Positions 30,424-44,062 of a stretch of DNA of 64,000 bases are shown piece after piece. How positions within the stretch are numbered: position 1 is the first letter of the stretch; the number at the start of each line of letters is the position of its first letter. This DNA comes from Planctomycetota bacterium (lineage in GTDB: Bacteria > Planctomycetota > JAJSAM01 > JAJVHW01). The translations under genes and the position numbers were made by a program. A model generated the notes under the pieces. That model had not been told where the DNA came from and made no database searches. It worked only from the letters and a program-made list of their open reading frames with translations. Location of the stretch: NCBI GenBank assembly GCA_965248445.1, contig CBDFJG010000003.1, positions 1,747,468 through 1,811,467 on the forward strand, written 5' to 3'.

Positions 30424-31881
30424 ATGGACGCTGCCCGCAGGCGGGGAATCAAGCGAGCGCTCGCCGCTCTCGCACTTCTGCTCCTCCTCGGCCTCCTGGC
30501 CTGGCTGGTGCGCGTGGTCTGGTGGCAGGCGGGCGAGGCGGACCCGGAGCGGCCCCGCGACTTCGACGGACCCGTCGAGACGACCGGAGACCACGCCGAC
30601 GGGCCTGGTGACGCGGACCCGAAGACGCGCCGCCACGTCCGCGTCCCGGCACCTCCGCAGACTCCGGAGGCGTCCACCGCCGACTCGTCCCAGCAAGCCG
30701 GCACGCCACCCACTGTCACGAACCGGAACCCCCCGGACTCAGCGACGGCTGCCACGAAGGGAACGTCCAAGCGCGATTCTCGCGACCCGCGGCGACTCGA
30801 GGTGCGGCCGCCCGACCTGCCTTACCGCTCCGGATTCGGCATGCACGTGGCGATCGACGGAGGCGTGGCCGCGGTGTCCGCGCCGCTCTCCGACGAGAAG
30901 GCCGGCCGCGGCCGGGTCTTCGTCTACGAGGAGAAAAACGACACGTGGATCAACACCGCATCGCTGCGTTCCGCGCGCAGCGATGAGACTCTCGTGTTCG
31001 GCTCCGCCATCGATGTGTCGAGCGGTCGCGTGGCAGTCCTGGACCGCGCGGCAGAGGGCGACCTCCGCTGGGTGGTGCGGCTCTTCGAGAATGACGGGGT
31101 TGCGTGGCGTGAAGCGCACGAGATTCCCCTGCCGAAACAGCCCGAGGTCGCTCTCTCGCTGGCCCTCGACGGGGACGTCTTGGTCGTCGGCACGTTGACG
31201 CGGTCGCACGTGTTCCGCCAGGCGGCCGACGGATGGCACCACGCGCAGGCTCTGTCCACGCGGAACGGGCGGCCGTTCGAGGGCGGCGCACGGGTGGCCG
31301 TCAGCGGAGACCTCATCGCATCGGCCACGACGGAGAAGGGCGACGGCATCCACCTCTTTCGCCGCGACGGGGATGCGTGGCTCTTCGAGGCCGAGGCGCG
31401 CCCGGCGAAGTGGAAGTTCAAGCAGTTCGGGGAGTCCCTTGCCGTGGGCGACGGGTTGCTCGTCGCCGCGGACGAGGATCTCCGCCAGGGCATCGCCGTG
31501 ATGGCCCGGGGATCGGGCGGCTGGGACAGCGAGTGGCGCATGGGCCTCAGCAGCGGATGGAAAGGGCGGCGGTCCGGCCGGGCCGGCAATGGACTGGCGT
31601 TCGACGGCGACCGCATCGCCGCGGCCATGCTGCGCAAGAGAACGGGGCTGCTCGTGGCCCGACGGGACGCCAAGGGCGCATGGCAAGTGGGTGGGGTACC
31701 GCTCGAGGAGCCCCGTAACGAGATCCTCCGGGGGGCGACCGTTGCCATCAGCGGCGACACGCTTCTGGTCGGCCTCGCCAACCACAAGCGGGGCGTCGCG
31801 CACTTCATCACGCTCGACCCCGACTTCCCCGTGCCCGTGTCCGAGCCCGAAGACGAGAAGCGCTCCGCCAGCTCGAACTGA
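30424..31881 (+). CDS. Membrane-anchored FG-GAP/beta-propeller-like protein
   Basis: N-terminal TM, Pro-rich linker, repeats FGMHVAIDG / FGSAIDVS / FGESLAVGD. Confidence 0.75.
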   Translation: MDAARRRGIKRALAALALLLLLGLLAWLVRVVWWQAGEADPERPRDFDGPVETTGDHADGPGDADPKTRRHVRVPAPPQTPEASTADSSQQAGTPPTVTNRNPPDSATAATKGTSKRDSRDPRRLEVRPPDLPYRSGFGMHVAIDGGVAAVSAPLSDEKAGRGRVFVYEEKNDTWINTASLRSARSDETLVFGSAIDVSSGRVAVLDRAAEGDLRWVVRLFENDGVAWREAHEIPLPKQPEVALSLALDGDVLVVGTLTRSHVFRQAADGWHHAQALSTRNGRPFEGGARVAVSGDLIASATTEKGDGIHLFRRDGDAWLFEAEARPAKWKFKQFGESLAVGDGLLVAADEDLRQGIAVMARGSGGWDSEWRMGLSSGWKGRRSGRAGNGLAFDGDRIAAAMLRKRTGLLVARRDAKGAWQVGGVPLEEPRNEILRGATVAISGDTLLVGLANHKRGVAHFITLDPDFPVPVSEPEDEKRSASSN

Positions 31882-32005
31882 CGATTGTCAGATTCGCGCG
31901 ACACCGCCTGCCATCGTTCACGGCGGTCCGGGGGGAGCGCTAGCCTTGCCGCTCCCACGGCCCACGGGCAGGTGCCGAGGGCGGGCTCTTCCGGGAGAGC
32001 GCAGC

Positions 32006-33466
32006 ATGTGCGGCGTAATTGGGGTCATCGGTAACGGTCCGGTGATCGGCGAGATTGTCGACGCTCTGCTGTTTATCCAGCACCGCGGCCAGGACGCGGC
32101 GGGCGCGGCCACGTTCGACGGCAAGACGTTCCGCCAAACCAAGCGGATGGGGCTCGTGCGCGAGGCCTTCGCGGACGAGGACCTGACGCGCTTCACGGGG
32201 AACGTCGGCATCGGCCACGTGCGCTACCCGACGGTGGGGCTCGGCGGCGTCGAGGACGCCCAGCCGTTCTCCGTCAACAGCCCGTTCGGGATCACGATGG
32301 CCCACAACGGGAACCTCACGAACTTTCGTGCGCTCCGCGACGAGCTCCAGATCGACTGCCACCGGCACGTCGGATCGGCGTGCGACGTCGAGGTCATCCT
32401 GAACGTCTTCGCCGATGAGCTCACGCGGCTGGTCGATGCGGCCCGGTCACCGATGCCCGGGGCGATCTTCGAGGCCGTCGCCGGCACGCTCAAGCGCTGC
32501 CGTGGGTCCTACTCCGTCGTCTCCGTCATCGCGGGGCACGGACTCCTCGCCTTCCGCGACCCGTACGGCATCAAGCCGCTGATCTACGGGCGCAAGAAGG
32601 ACGGTGACGGCTGGCGCTACATGTTCGCCTCCGAGAGCTGCGCGCTCGTGTCGCTCGGCTACGAGGTGGTGCGCGACGTGGAGCCCGGCGAGGCGATCCT
32701 CGTGCGCGAGGGGGAAGAGCCGATCTCGAAGCGCGTGGCCGACAACCGCCACCACCTCTGCATCTTCGAGTTCATCTACTTCGCCCGGCCCGACTCGATG
32801 ATCGACGGCGTCAGTGTCTACAAGGCGCGCATGCGGCTCGGCGAGGCGCTCGCCAAGCGTTTTCGTGATCGCGGCACGGAGGTCGACACCGTCATCCCCG
32901 TGCCGGACTCCTCCCGCCCCGCGGCGCAGCAGATGGCCTACAAGCTCGGCAAGCCGTTCCGCGAGGGGCTCCTCAAGAACCGCTACATCGGTCGCACGTT
33001 CATCATGGCGGGCAACGCGAACAGGAAGCGCGGTATCCGGTTCAAGCTCTCCCCGCTGCGCCTCGAGCTCGAGGACAAGAAGGTGCTGCTCGTGGACGAC
33101 TCGATCGTTCGAGGCAACACGGCGGAGCAGATCATCCGCATGGTGCGCGACACCGGTGCGACCGAGGTGCACATGGCGTCCTCGTGCCCGCCGCTGCGAC
33201 ACCCGTGCGTGTACGGCATCGACATGAGCACGCGCAGCGAGTTCGTCGCCACCGGCAAGGACGAGGACGAGATCTGTGAGAGCATCGGCGCGGACTCCCT
33301 GCTCTACCAGTCGATCGACGACATGCTGGCTGCAGTCATCCCGCCGGACGAGACCGAGCCACGCACGTTCTGCAAGGCGTGCATGGACGGCAACTACCCG
33401 ACCGGCGACGTGACGCAGGAAGTCATCGACGAGATCGAGGCCGAGCGACTCGGCGCCTCCGGCTGA
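32006..33466 (+). CDS. purF: Amidophosphoribosyltransferase
   Basis: MCG N-terminus, QHRGQD, GHVRYPT, HNGN, VDDSIVRG. Confidence 0.97.
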   Translation: MCGVIGVIGNGPVIGEIVDALLFIQHRGQDAAGAATFDGKTFRQTKRMGLVREAFADEDLTRFTGNVGIGHVRYPTVGLGGVEDAQPFSVNSPFGITMAHNGNLTNFRALRDELQIDCHRHVGSACDVEVILNVFADELTRLVDAARSPMPGAIFEAVAGTLKRCRGSYSVVSVIAGHGLLAFRDPYGIKPLIYGRKKDGDGWRYMFASESCALVSLGYEVVRDVEPGEAILVREGEEPISKRVADNRHHLCIFEFIYFARPDSMIDGVSVYKARMRLGEALAKRFRDRGTEVDTVIPVPDSSRPAAQQMAYKLGKPFREGLLKNRYIGRTFIMAGNANRKRGIRFKLSPLRLELEDKKVLLVDDSIVRGNTAEQIIRMVRDTGATEVHMASSCPPLRHPCVYGIDMSTRSEFVATGKDEDEICESIGADSLLYQSIDDMLAAVIPPDETEPRTFCKACMDGNYPTGDVTQEVIDEIEAERLGASG

Positions 33467-33611
33467 CGGCCGGGCACGGCGCGCCGACTCCCAATCGTCC
33501 ATTGACGGTATGCACGGGTTACACCAGACGGAACGATTCCGGATACGCTGACGCGTCTCGGCACTCGAAGAGCGATGGCGATATGCAAGCGTTGAGTGAT
33601 ACGCTCCGCAA

Positions 33612-34913
33612 ATGGGGGAGCGAGTGCGAACGACGGAAACCGAAGGTCCGCGGCACAGGGCCGCAGTCGCGCGATTGCTCCTGCCTTGGTTGCTGTGCAG
33701 TTTGGTGGCCGGCGCGTGCAGGAGCCCCGACACCGACACGTATGCCGTAGTGCCGCCGCCGCCCACTATCGTTCCGCAACCACAGGGCGATGCCTCGGCT
33801 GGCGGCCCCTTCGTGGTCGCCGAGAACGGCGACCACGTCGTGGTCCAGGTCTTCTACGGCACGGATCGCAAGCCCACGTTCGACGGCACGGATCCCAAGC
33901 GCAGAGGCAGCCTCCGCCCGGCTGAGAACTACAGCCCGGCTGAGTACTACAGCGGCGAGATTCGCGGCGACGACGAGATCGAGTACGGAGAGTGTCGCGT
34001 CAGCATTCCTGAGTCGCATGAGAGGGGCGAGGTCGAGGAACTCTCGTGGTGGCAGAAGGCGGCTCGGAAGCGGTGGGCTCTGGCGCACTTGATCTGGAAG
34101 ACCGGGCCCGGGAAGCATGTAGCCCTACTGAGCGTTGATCCCCTCTCGGAGACAGCCATGCTTGCTCAGATGGAACGTCGTCTCCGCGAGTCGGACGACA
34201 AGTCCCTGCTCGTCTTCATTCACGGATACAACAACACGTTCGAGGACGCCGCCCGCAGGACGGCCCAGATCGCGTACGACGTCGATTTCCCGGGCGTCGT
34301 CGCCATGTACAGCTGGCCCTCGAACGGACAACTCTTGGGGTACAGCGCCGATGAAGACGAGATCGATCTGACCTGGCCGCACCTGAAGGAGTTCCTGGCG
34401 ACGCTGGTGGACAGCAACCAGTTCCACCAGGTTCACGTCATCGCGCACAGCATGGGCAATCGTGCGCTCTCGATGGCCCTGAAGGAGTTGGCCGAAGAGC
34501 GACCGGAGGAGAAGATGTTCGATCAGGTCGTGCTCGCCGCGCCCGACATCAATGTGCGCGTGTTCGAACGGGACGCTAAGGCGATCGCGGAGCCTGCGAA
34601 GCACGTGACGCTGTACGTCTCACCCGACGACAAGTCCCTGATGGGCTCTCACATCCTCCACGGTAAGTACCCCCGTGTCCGAACGGAAATCGTCGTCAAG
34701 CCTCCCATCAAGACCGTTGACGCATCGGCGGTCGCCGGTGGCGCACTCTCGTTTGGCCACTCGTACATCGGCAACAGCCCACGGCTTCTCGAGGATCTTG
34801 CCGCGGTCCTCAGGGGCCGGGTGAAGTTCGAGTGGCGCGCCAAGCTGCAGAAGGCGGCGGGTGTCTACTGGCGGTTACGCGAGGCTGTCGCTACGACGCC
34901 GGCAGCCCGATGA
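33612..34913 (+). CDS. DUF900-type alpha/beta hydrolase, probable lipoprotein
   Basis: FYGTDR, FIHGYN, SWPS, AHSMG, AAPDI. Confidence 0.9.
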   Translation: MGERVRTTETEGPRHRAAVARLLLPWLLCSLVAGACRSPDTDTYAVVPPPPTIVPQPQGDASAGGPFVVAENGDHVVVQVFYGTDRKPTFDGTDPKRRGSLRPAENYSPAEYYSGEIRGDDEIEYGECRVSIPESHERGEVEELSWWQKAARKRWALAHLIWKTGPGKHVALLSVDPLSETAMLAQMERRLRESDDKSLLVFIHGYNNTFEDAARRTAQIAYDVDFPGVVAMYSWPSNGQLLGYSADEDEIDLTWPHLKEFLATLVDSNQFHQVHVIAHSMGNRALSMALKELAEERPEEKMFDQVVLAAPDINVRVFERDAKAIAEPAKHVTLYVSPDDKSLMGSHILHGKYPRVRTEIVVKPPIKTVDASAVAGGALSFGHSYIGNSPRLLEDLAAVLRGRVKFEWRAKLQKAAGVYWRLREAVATTPAAR

Positions 34914-35616
34914 TGAACCCGCCGACACCCGCGTCGGCGTAGTCGGATTCCTGCGAGGCGTCAGCAAGCGCCACCCACGCGAACGCGGCGCGCCGGGCGA
35001 GGTGGGGCACGAGGTCGTTGCGCACGCGTTCCGGTGAGAACGCACGCGCGTCCACGATCAGGTCGTCCGCATCGCACGCTGCGCGGGCGAGGTTCGGGAA
35101 GCGGCGGGCCAGCGCGCCCTTCCAGCCGCCGCCCGACGGCTCGAGCCAGCGCGCGGAGGGGATCGGATTCGCGTCCGAGCGCAGGCGTCTCCCGATCCGC
35201 TGGTTCGGCACCGCCACGAGGTATCGGCGGCGCAGATTAGAGGTGTCCTCACCCTCCATGATGCCCAGCGCTCCCGCGAGCGCGTGGATCCCGGTCGTGT
35301 CGGTGAGGCGGACCACGAGACCGATGTTCGCCTTGTGTGCGGCGAGCATCGTCTCTTCGAGCGTCGCCGGCCGCTCGACGCACGGGCGCAACTCGGCGAG
35401 CGTCAGCTTCTCGATGCGGCGTTCCTCACCGTCGATGGTGACGGTGGGTCGGGGGTGGGCGACCAGCCAGTCGTCCTTCGTCGCGTGGGTCCACACGAGG
35501 ACTCGGTCGTAACCCTGTTCCGCTGCGCGCGTCGCAAGGGCCGGCCCCTGGGCTGGGACGGACGCTGGTGCGGTGACGTAGTCCGCGACGCGCACGGGGC
35601 GGTCGGGCGCGCTCAC
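34891..35616 (-). CDS. Degenerate glycerophosphodiester phosphodiesterase-like protein
   Basis: HATKDDWLVAHP, IEKLTLAELR, ATLEE, GVGGFI resemble GDPD; GTGA overlap with upstream gene. Confidence 0.6.
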   Translation of the reverse strand: MSAPDRPVRVADYVTAPASVPAQGPALATRAAEQGYDRVLVWTHATKDDWLVAHPRPTVTIDGEERRIEKLTLAELRPCVERPATLEETMLAAHKANIGLVVRLTDTTGIHALAGALGIMEGEDTSNLRRRYLVAVPNQRIGRRLRSDANPIPSARWLEPSGGGWKGALARRFPNLARAACDADDLIVDARAFSPERVRNDLVPHLARRAAFAWVALADASQESDYADAGVGGFIIGLPAS

Positions 35617-36461
35617 GGCGCGACGTCGGTCCGCTGCGCGTCGACCTCGGAGAGCCACGGGCCGAGCGCGTCGAGGCAGGCGTCCGGGTTCGACAGGGCG
35701 GGCAGGTGTCCCGCCGTATCCAGCTGGATGATGCGTGCGCGCGGCATGCGCGCGAGCGTGCGCGCAGCGGCCCGCGGGATGGCCTCGTCGCGGCCGCCGT
35801 GCACGACCAGCGCGGGCACGTCGATTTCGCCGAGCCGCTTGCGGACGTCGAAGCGACGCAGCGCGCGGATCAGCTGCGATCCCCACGCCTTCGTGCGGTG
35901 CTGCATCTGGAGCCGCAGCGATTCGTTGGTCGGGCTGCCGCGCGGGCCGTCCATGCGGCGGGGAACCATGACGCCCGGGAGCCAGGTCTTGTAGCGGCGA
36001 GCCGGAACAAGGCCGTGGGTCCACGCAGCCAGGCGCACACCGCGCGAGACCTCCTTCCACGCCGCCGTGGAGCCGAACAGGATGAGCCCGGCCACGCGCT
36101 CCGGCATGTGCAGCGCCGCCAGCAGGGCGAGCATGCCGCCCATGGACGCGCCGCCGACCACGATGCGGCCGGCGCAACCCGCCCGCTCCGCATCGCGTAG
36201 CGCGCGCTCGGCCAGCGGCAACAGCCCGTCGCCGGGAGGGAGGCGGTTGGGCGGACTCCAGAACACCGTCCGTCGTCCGGCGGCCAGGCGGGAGAGCGGC
36301 GCGAACGAGCGCCCGTCCAGGCCGAAACCCGGCATCAGGAAAACCGGGGTGCCCGCTCCGTGCGGTCCGCGTGCCACGAACACCGATGCGGTCTCCTCGG
36401 CCAGGGCGTCCGCTCCCTCGGGAAACGTACGCGAGACGAGATCGGCGCCCAGGGCGGTCAT
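35613..36461 (-). CDS. Alpha/beta hydrolase
   Basis: GASMGG nucleophile elbow, GGRD, AGH. Confidence 0.9.
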   Translation of the reverse strand: MTALGADLVSRTFPEGADALAEETASVFVARGPHGAGTPVFLMPGFGLDGRSFAPLSRLAAGRRTVFWSPPNRLPPGDGLLPLAERALRDAERAGCAGRIVVGGASMGGMLALLAALHMPERVAGLILFGSTAAWKEVSRGVRLAAWTHGLVPARRYKTWLPGVMVPRRMDGPRGSPTNESLRLQMQHRTKAWGSQLIRALRRFDVRKRLGEIDVPALVVHGGRDEAIPRAAARTLARMPRARIIQLDTAGHLPALSNPDACLDALGPWLSEVDAQRTDVAP

Positions 36462-36509
36462 GCGCGGAGGTTACGAGCGGGGCCCGTCAGGGCGGGCTAC
36501 AACCGGCGG

Positions 36510-37547
36510 GTGCGCACGTCGGACCTCGACTACGACCTGCCCTCCGAGCTGATCGCTCAGGAACCGGCGCTGCGACGCGACGATGCGCGACTGCTCGTGC
36601 TCGGGCGGGCGGGCGGGTCCGTCTCTCACCACGGCGTACGGGATCTCCCGGCACTGCTTCAGCCCGGAGACCTGCTGATCATGAACGACGCGCGTGTGCT
36701 GCAAGCGCGGCTCCACGGTCGTCGGCACACCGGTGGGAGGGTCGAGTTCCTCCTGCTCGCCGAGGCCGACGGGGGCGAGTGGCGGGCGATCGTCAAGTGC
36801 GGCGGTTCGCTCTCCGACGGGGAGCGCGTGGCGGTGGGGGAGGACGAACTCGAACTCGTCGCGGTGGAGGATGGCGGACGCTGGCGCGTTCGCGCGCGCG
36901 GCGGCGATATGTCTGCGGTCATGGAACGGAACGGCAAGCTGCCGCTCCCGCCCTATATCCGTCGGGAGGTCGAGGACCCGCGGGACGGCCTTGACGCGGA
37001 GCGCTATCAGACGGTGTTCGCGGCAACGCTCGGCGCGGTCGCCGCACCTACGGCGGGACTGCACCTCTCGACCGATCTGCTGGCCGCAATTCGCGAGCAG
37101 CGCATCAAGACCGCGCACGTGACGCTGCACGTCGGCGAGGGCACGTTCCTGCCGGTCCGCACGGACGACCTCGACGCACATGAGATGCACGAGGAGCGCT
37201 ACTCGATTCCCGCGTCCACCGTCGTTGCCGTGCGCGCGGCATGGGCCGACGGGCGGCGGATCGTCGCGGTGGGGACCACGACCGTCCGCGCACTCGAGGG
37301 GGTCGCGCAGGCAGCCGGTGACGCGTTGCTGCTGCCCGGAGACGGCCGCACGTCGCTCTTCATCAGGCCCGGATTCCCGTTCCGTGTCGTTGACGCCTTG
37401 ATCACGAACTTCCATTTGCCGAAGTCGACGCTTCTCGCCCTGGTGAGCGCATTGGCAGGGCGCGAGCGGGTCCTCGCGGCGTACGAGGAGGCAGTGCGCG
37501 AGCGCTACCGCTTCTACTCGTACGGCGACGCGATGTTCATCGCGTAG
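36510..37547 (+). CDS. queA: SAM:tRNA ribosyltransferase-isomerase
   Basis: LIAQEP, PLPPYI, YQTVFA, AAPTAGLH, VGTT, TNFHLPKSTL, YRFYSYGDAM. Confidence 0.97.
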   Translation: MRTSDLDYDLPSELIAQEPALRRDDARLLVLGRAGGSVSHHGVRDLPALLQPGDLLIMNDARVLQARLHGRRHTGGRVEFLLLAEADGGEWRAIVKCGGSLSDGERVAVGEDELELVAVEDGGRWRVRARGGDMSAVMERNGKLPLPPYIRREVEDPRDGLDAERYQTVFAATLGAVAAPTAGLHLSTDLLAAIREQRIKTAHVTLHVGEGTFLPVRTDDLDAHEMHEERYSIPASTVVAVRAAWADGRRIVAVGTTTVRALEGVAQAAGDALLLPGDGRTSLFIRPGFPFRVVDALITNFHLPKSTLLALVSALAGRERVLAAYEEAVRERYRFYSYGDAMFIA

Positions 37548-40487
<2,940 letters not shown>

Positions 40488-40504
<17 letters not shown>

Positions 40505-41165
40505 GCGCGTCGATCAAGTCTCTCGCGGCGCGCGCCGGATCGTATGCGCCGGTGACGGCCGCGCACACGGCGACGCGCGCGAACCCGGCCGCTGCGACGT
40601 CGGTGATGTTCTCGGTGGTGATTCCGCCGATCGCGTAGGCGGGCACGGCGGCGGCCTCCGCGCGCATGCCCAGCGGCGCGAGTCCGTCCGGAGAACCCAC
40701 CGGCACCGCGCGTCCCTTCGACTCGGTCGGGAACATGGCCCCGACGCCCACGTAGTCCGCGCCGGCGCCGAGTGCGGCCGTGAGTTCGTCGACGTCGTGT
40801 GTCGATACCCCTACTAGCGCAGCGGAGCCGAGCACGTCCCGCGCATCGGCGACGCTCCCGTCCTCCTGGCCCAGGTGAACGCCGTCCGCTCCGGCGTCGC
40901 GCGCGAGGTCCGGCCGGTCGTTGATGACGAGGAGTGCACCGTGACGGTGGCAGAGCGGCAGCAGCTCCGACGCGAGCGCGAGGATGCGATCGTCCGATGC
41001 CTCCTTCTCACGGAGCTGGATCACGTCTGCCCCACCCGCGAGTGCCGCCCGCACCACCGGTACGAGTGCCCGCCCGGGGACGGCCTCCGAGACCAGCACC
41101 TGCAGGCGCGTGGCAGCGAGGCGTGCGCGGCGCGCTGCGCGGGTCGGATACGGAGCCTGGCTCAT
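40488..41165 (-). CDS. thiE: Thiamine-phosphate synthase
   Basis: QLREK, INDR, GVHLGQED, GVSTH, AIGGI. Confidence 0.95.
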
Positions 41166-41259
41166 CGCAGCGATCGTACGCTTTCCCCGGGGAGTGGTAG
41201 ATTCGCAGCGGATCGACCCCAATCCAAAGCCAGCGGAGCCGGGATCGCCGGAGACCGTC

Positions 41260-42165
41260 ATGCGCCCCATCAAGACTCTGGTCTGCCTCTCGTTCGTCGC
41301 CGTGCTGGCGGCGGGCGCCGCCGCCGACGAGGTGCGCCTCGTCAACGGCAACGTCGTCGAGGGCCGCGCCAAGCGCGTCGGCGACACGGTCGTGGTCGTG
41401 ACCACCGCGGGCGAGGTCAAGCTCCCCGCCAAGGACGTCGCGTCGATCGTCCCCGGCCGCAGCCTGGTGGACGACTACGACGACCGGGTCGCGGCCCTTG
41501 CAACGGGCGGCAAGAATGACGGCGCAGCGGATCACCTGGCACTGGCTGCGTGGTGCCGCCAGAACAAGCTCAAGTCGAAGTCGAGGCAGCACCTCAAGAA
41601 GGTGCTCGCGTTCGATCCGGACCACGCCGAGGCGCGCAAGTTGCTCGGCTACATCCGCTATGACGAACAGTGGATGACCGAGGTCGAGTACTACGAGGCG
41701 CGCGGGTTCGTCCTGGAGAAGGGCAAGTGGGTCAACCGCGAGACCGTGCGCCGCGTCAAGTACGAGAAGGACGCGAAGGCAGCGCAGAAGGCGCACCTGG
41801 CCAAGATCAACGACTGCGTCAAGCGCATGGGCTCGCCCCTGCGCAAGCCGCGTCTGCTCGCGAAGCTCGAGCTCCAGGAGTATGCCGAGGGCCGTAGCGA
41901 CCTGCGCCTCGCCGCGTTCGCGAGCAAGGTGGCCGACCACTACAACGGTCAATGGCGCGAGGTCCGGCGCATCCTCTCCCGCGGCACCGCCCTGACCGAG
42001 GTGCGCGCCACGATGACCAAACTCAAGCGCCCCATCCCCGTCATCCAGACCAGCCTCGGCGCCGGCTCGACCCCCGTGCGCATCCAGACCCCCGAGCTCG
42101 CGATCGTGTCGGTCAAGACCACCGCCCTGATCCCGCTGAACATCGAGCTCGACGAAGATCCGTAA
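41260..42165 (+). CDS. Secreted hypothetical protein
   Basis: Signal peptide; DEVRLVNG...LAAWC...DPDHAEARKLLGY pattern. Confidence 0.8.
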   Translation: MRPIKTLVCLSFVAVLAAGAAADEVRLVNGNVVEGRAKRVGDTVVVVTTAGEVKLPAKDVASIVPGRSLVDDYDDRVAALATGGKNDGAADHLALAAWCRQNKLKSKSRQHLKKVLAFDPDHAEARKLLGYIRYDEQWMTEVEYYEARGFVLEKGKWVNRETVRRVKYEKDAKAAQKAHLAKINDCVKRMGSPLRKPRLLAKLELQEYAEGRSDLRLAAFASKVADHYNGQWREVRRILSRGTALTEVRATMTKLKRPIPVIQTSLGAGSTPVRIQTPELAIVSVKTTALIPLNIELDEDP

Positions 42166-42373
42166 GCGAGCGGCGCGCTGAGCGCCGAGAGCGCACGCCG
42201 GCGGCCCAAGTCCGCGTGTCAGCGGACGAGGGAGCAGAAGCCGTAAACAACGGCTTCGGCAGCGGGATGTAGCGAGCGGCGCGCTGAGCGCCGAGAGCGC
42301 ACGCCCGCGGCCCCAGTCCGCTTGTCAGCGGACGAGGGAGCAGAAGCCGTAAACAACGGCTTCGGCAGCGGGA
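42165..42373. repeat. Two tandem ~103-bp hairpin-rich units (period 106), REP/BIME-like
   Basis: 42165-42267 and 42271-42373 differ at about 3 positions; internal stems GAAGCCGT/ACGGCTTC and GTCCGC/GCGGAC. Confidence 0.9.
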
Positions 42374-42380
42374 GGGGCCG

Positions 42381-42417
42381 TCCGTCACGCGGATCGCGCC
42401 GCGATCCGCGTGACGGA
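42381..42417. repeat. Perfect 18-bp inverted repeat
   Basis: TCCGTCACGCGGATCGCG-C-CGCGATCCGCGTGACGGA. Confidence 0.9.
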
Positions 42418-42562
42418 GGCTTGCGTCGTGTCTCCCTCCTACGCGGTCTCCGACCGCTACGGAGGAGGTTGGTCACGCCGCTTGCTCCGCAACCGACGCG
42501 CCCTCCCGATTCGCGCCTCGTCAGTGAGCCCGGTGCAAGGACGGGGCGACGCCCCGTCCGCG

Positions 42563-44062
42563 GTAACCGTTCACCCCTTGACAGCGTGTGAGCCTCAGCG
42601 TGCGACGGGCAGCGGGACCATGACGGGCGGGTCGGCGCCGGTGAGGTGCGCGGCGACCGAGTCGGCGAGGAAGTCGAAGACTTGGTCGCCACGGCGTCGC
42701 AGCGTGGCCGCGGCGGTCAACACGCGCTCGGCGAAGCGGAGTCCGCGAGCGGACTGGCTTCCGAAGGAGCCCTTGCGCCAGAGCACCGCTTTGCGGACCG
42801 CGCGCTCGGCGGCGTTGTTCGTCGGACTCACGTCCTGGGTCCGCGCATAGGTGAAGAGGGCGACCACGCGGGGGCGCAGATGGTTGGCCAGAGCCGAGTC
42901 GTCGTTCGCGATCAGTCGCTCGAGCCGTCCGCGCAGCACAGCGGCTTCGCCTTGCAGCCGGTCACGGTCGCCGTGCTCACCGAAGAGCCGGTAGCTGCGC
43001 ATGACCGACTGCGCGATCATGACGCCCTTGTTGCCGAAGCGGCGATGTCCTCGCGGGCCTTCGGCCAGCGCACGGAAGGCGCGCTCGATGTGCGCCCAGC
43101 AGAGCTGGCGGCGGGCAAGTGGGTGTGACTCGTAGGCACCCATCCGGTCGCTGATCACCGTGCCACCGAAGCGCCGCCCGATCAGCCGCCCTTTCGCCTT
43201 GGCACTGCGGCGGCGATCGATCCCGAAGGCTGTGGCGTGCTCGCTCTCCGCCGCCCACAGCCAGCACACCCGGCCCCGTTCCTTCCACGACGTCTCGTCC
43301 ACGTTGGCTCGCAGCGACGTGCGGACTGCCCCGAGGGCTTCGAGGTACGACGAGTGCAGAGCGTCACTGAGCCGACGCTCACAGTCGCTGATCTTGCCCA
43401 GCGACATCTTCACACCGAAAATCTCACCGAGCAGCCGCTGCGTCTCCCGCACGCTCACGCGGTACACGCCGCGCAGCGCGCCGGCAAGTGTGGTCAGCCG
43501 CGGACCGAAGGCCCCGGTCGGCACGCCATCGGGCAGGACCGCCGTCGTGACCGCACGACAGCGCCGGCACCGCGCCTTGTGCAGCCGGTGCTCCCGCACC
43601 GTGACGAGCACGCGCGGGAGCACCGTCACCTGGTGCCGGTACGGATCGCCGATGCCCTGCTCGAGATCGTCGTGTCCGCACGCGTCGCAGAGGTCGGGAC
43701 GGTGCTCCTTGGTCTCATCGACGTTGGACGGATCCACCAGCTCGCGCGCCGTGCCCTCATGGCCCGGCTGTCCGCCCTGCTTGCGACCGCTACGCGGCCT
43801 TCGGCCGCGACGGCGCTTGGACCACGCCGGGTCCGACGACGGAGGCCTCGAGCTGTTGCGGGAGTCACGCTTCAGACGCGACTCGAGCTCGTCGATGCGG
43901 CGCAGATGCTTCGCTTCGCGACGCTCCAGCTCCTCGATCCAGGCCAGAAGGCCCTCGACCATCGCCCGCAGATCCTCGTCCTGCCGCTCGCCCACAACCT
44001 CTTGATCGACCGATGGCCGAACGATCTGGATCCTGGCTCGCGACGAAGGGGTGAACGGTTAC
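42563..44062 (-). mobile_element. IS66-family element (single-ORF, ISBst12-like)
   Basis: Perfect 17-bp terminal IRs GTAACCGTTCACCCCTT; no matching 8-bp flanks. Confidence 0.92.
42595..43995 (-). CDS. IS66-family transposase
   Basis: NSSRPPSSD, GGQPGHEG, DETSW, QLCWAH, TNNAAERAVR. Confidence 0.95.
   Translation of the reverse strand: MGERQDEDLRAMVEGLLAWIEELERREAKHLRRIDELESRLKRDSRNSSRPPSSDPAWSKRRRGRRPRSGRKQGGQPGHEGTARELVDPSNVDETKEHRPDLCDACGHDDLEQGIGDPYRHQVTVLPRVLVTVREHRLHKARCRRCRAVTTAVLPDGVPTGAFGPRLTTLAGALRGVYRVSVRETQRLLGEIFGVKMSLGKISDCERRLSDALHSSYLEALGAVRTSLRANVDETSWKERGRVCWLWAAESEHATAFGIDRRRSAKAKGRLIGRRFGGTVISDRMGAYESHPLARRQLCWAHIERAFRALAEGPRGHRRFGNKGVMIAQSVMRSYRLFGEHGDRDRLQGEAAVLRGRLERLIANDDSALANHLRPRVVALFTYARTQDVSPTNNAAERAVRKAVLWRKGSFGSQSARGLRFAERVLTAAATLRRRGDQVFDFLADSVAAHLTGADPPVMVPLPVAR

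Noticed and set aside
33915..33955. Short tandem repeat encoding PAENYS/PAEYYS
   Set aside because: Two-copy in-frame duplication in a loop; no further structure
42165..42373. Possible CRISPR array
   Set aside because: Only two ~103-bp units with no unique spacers and no cas genes
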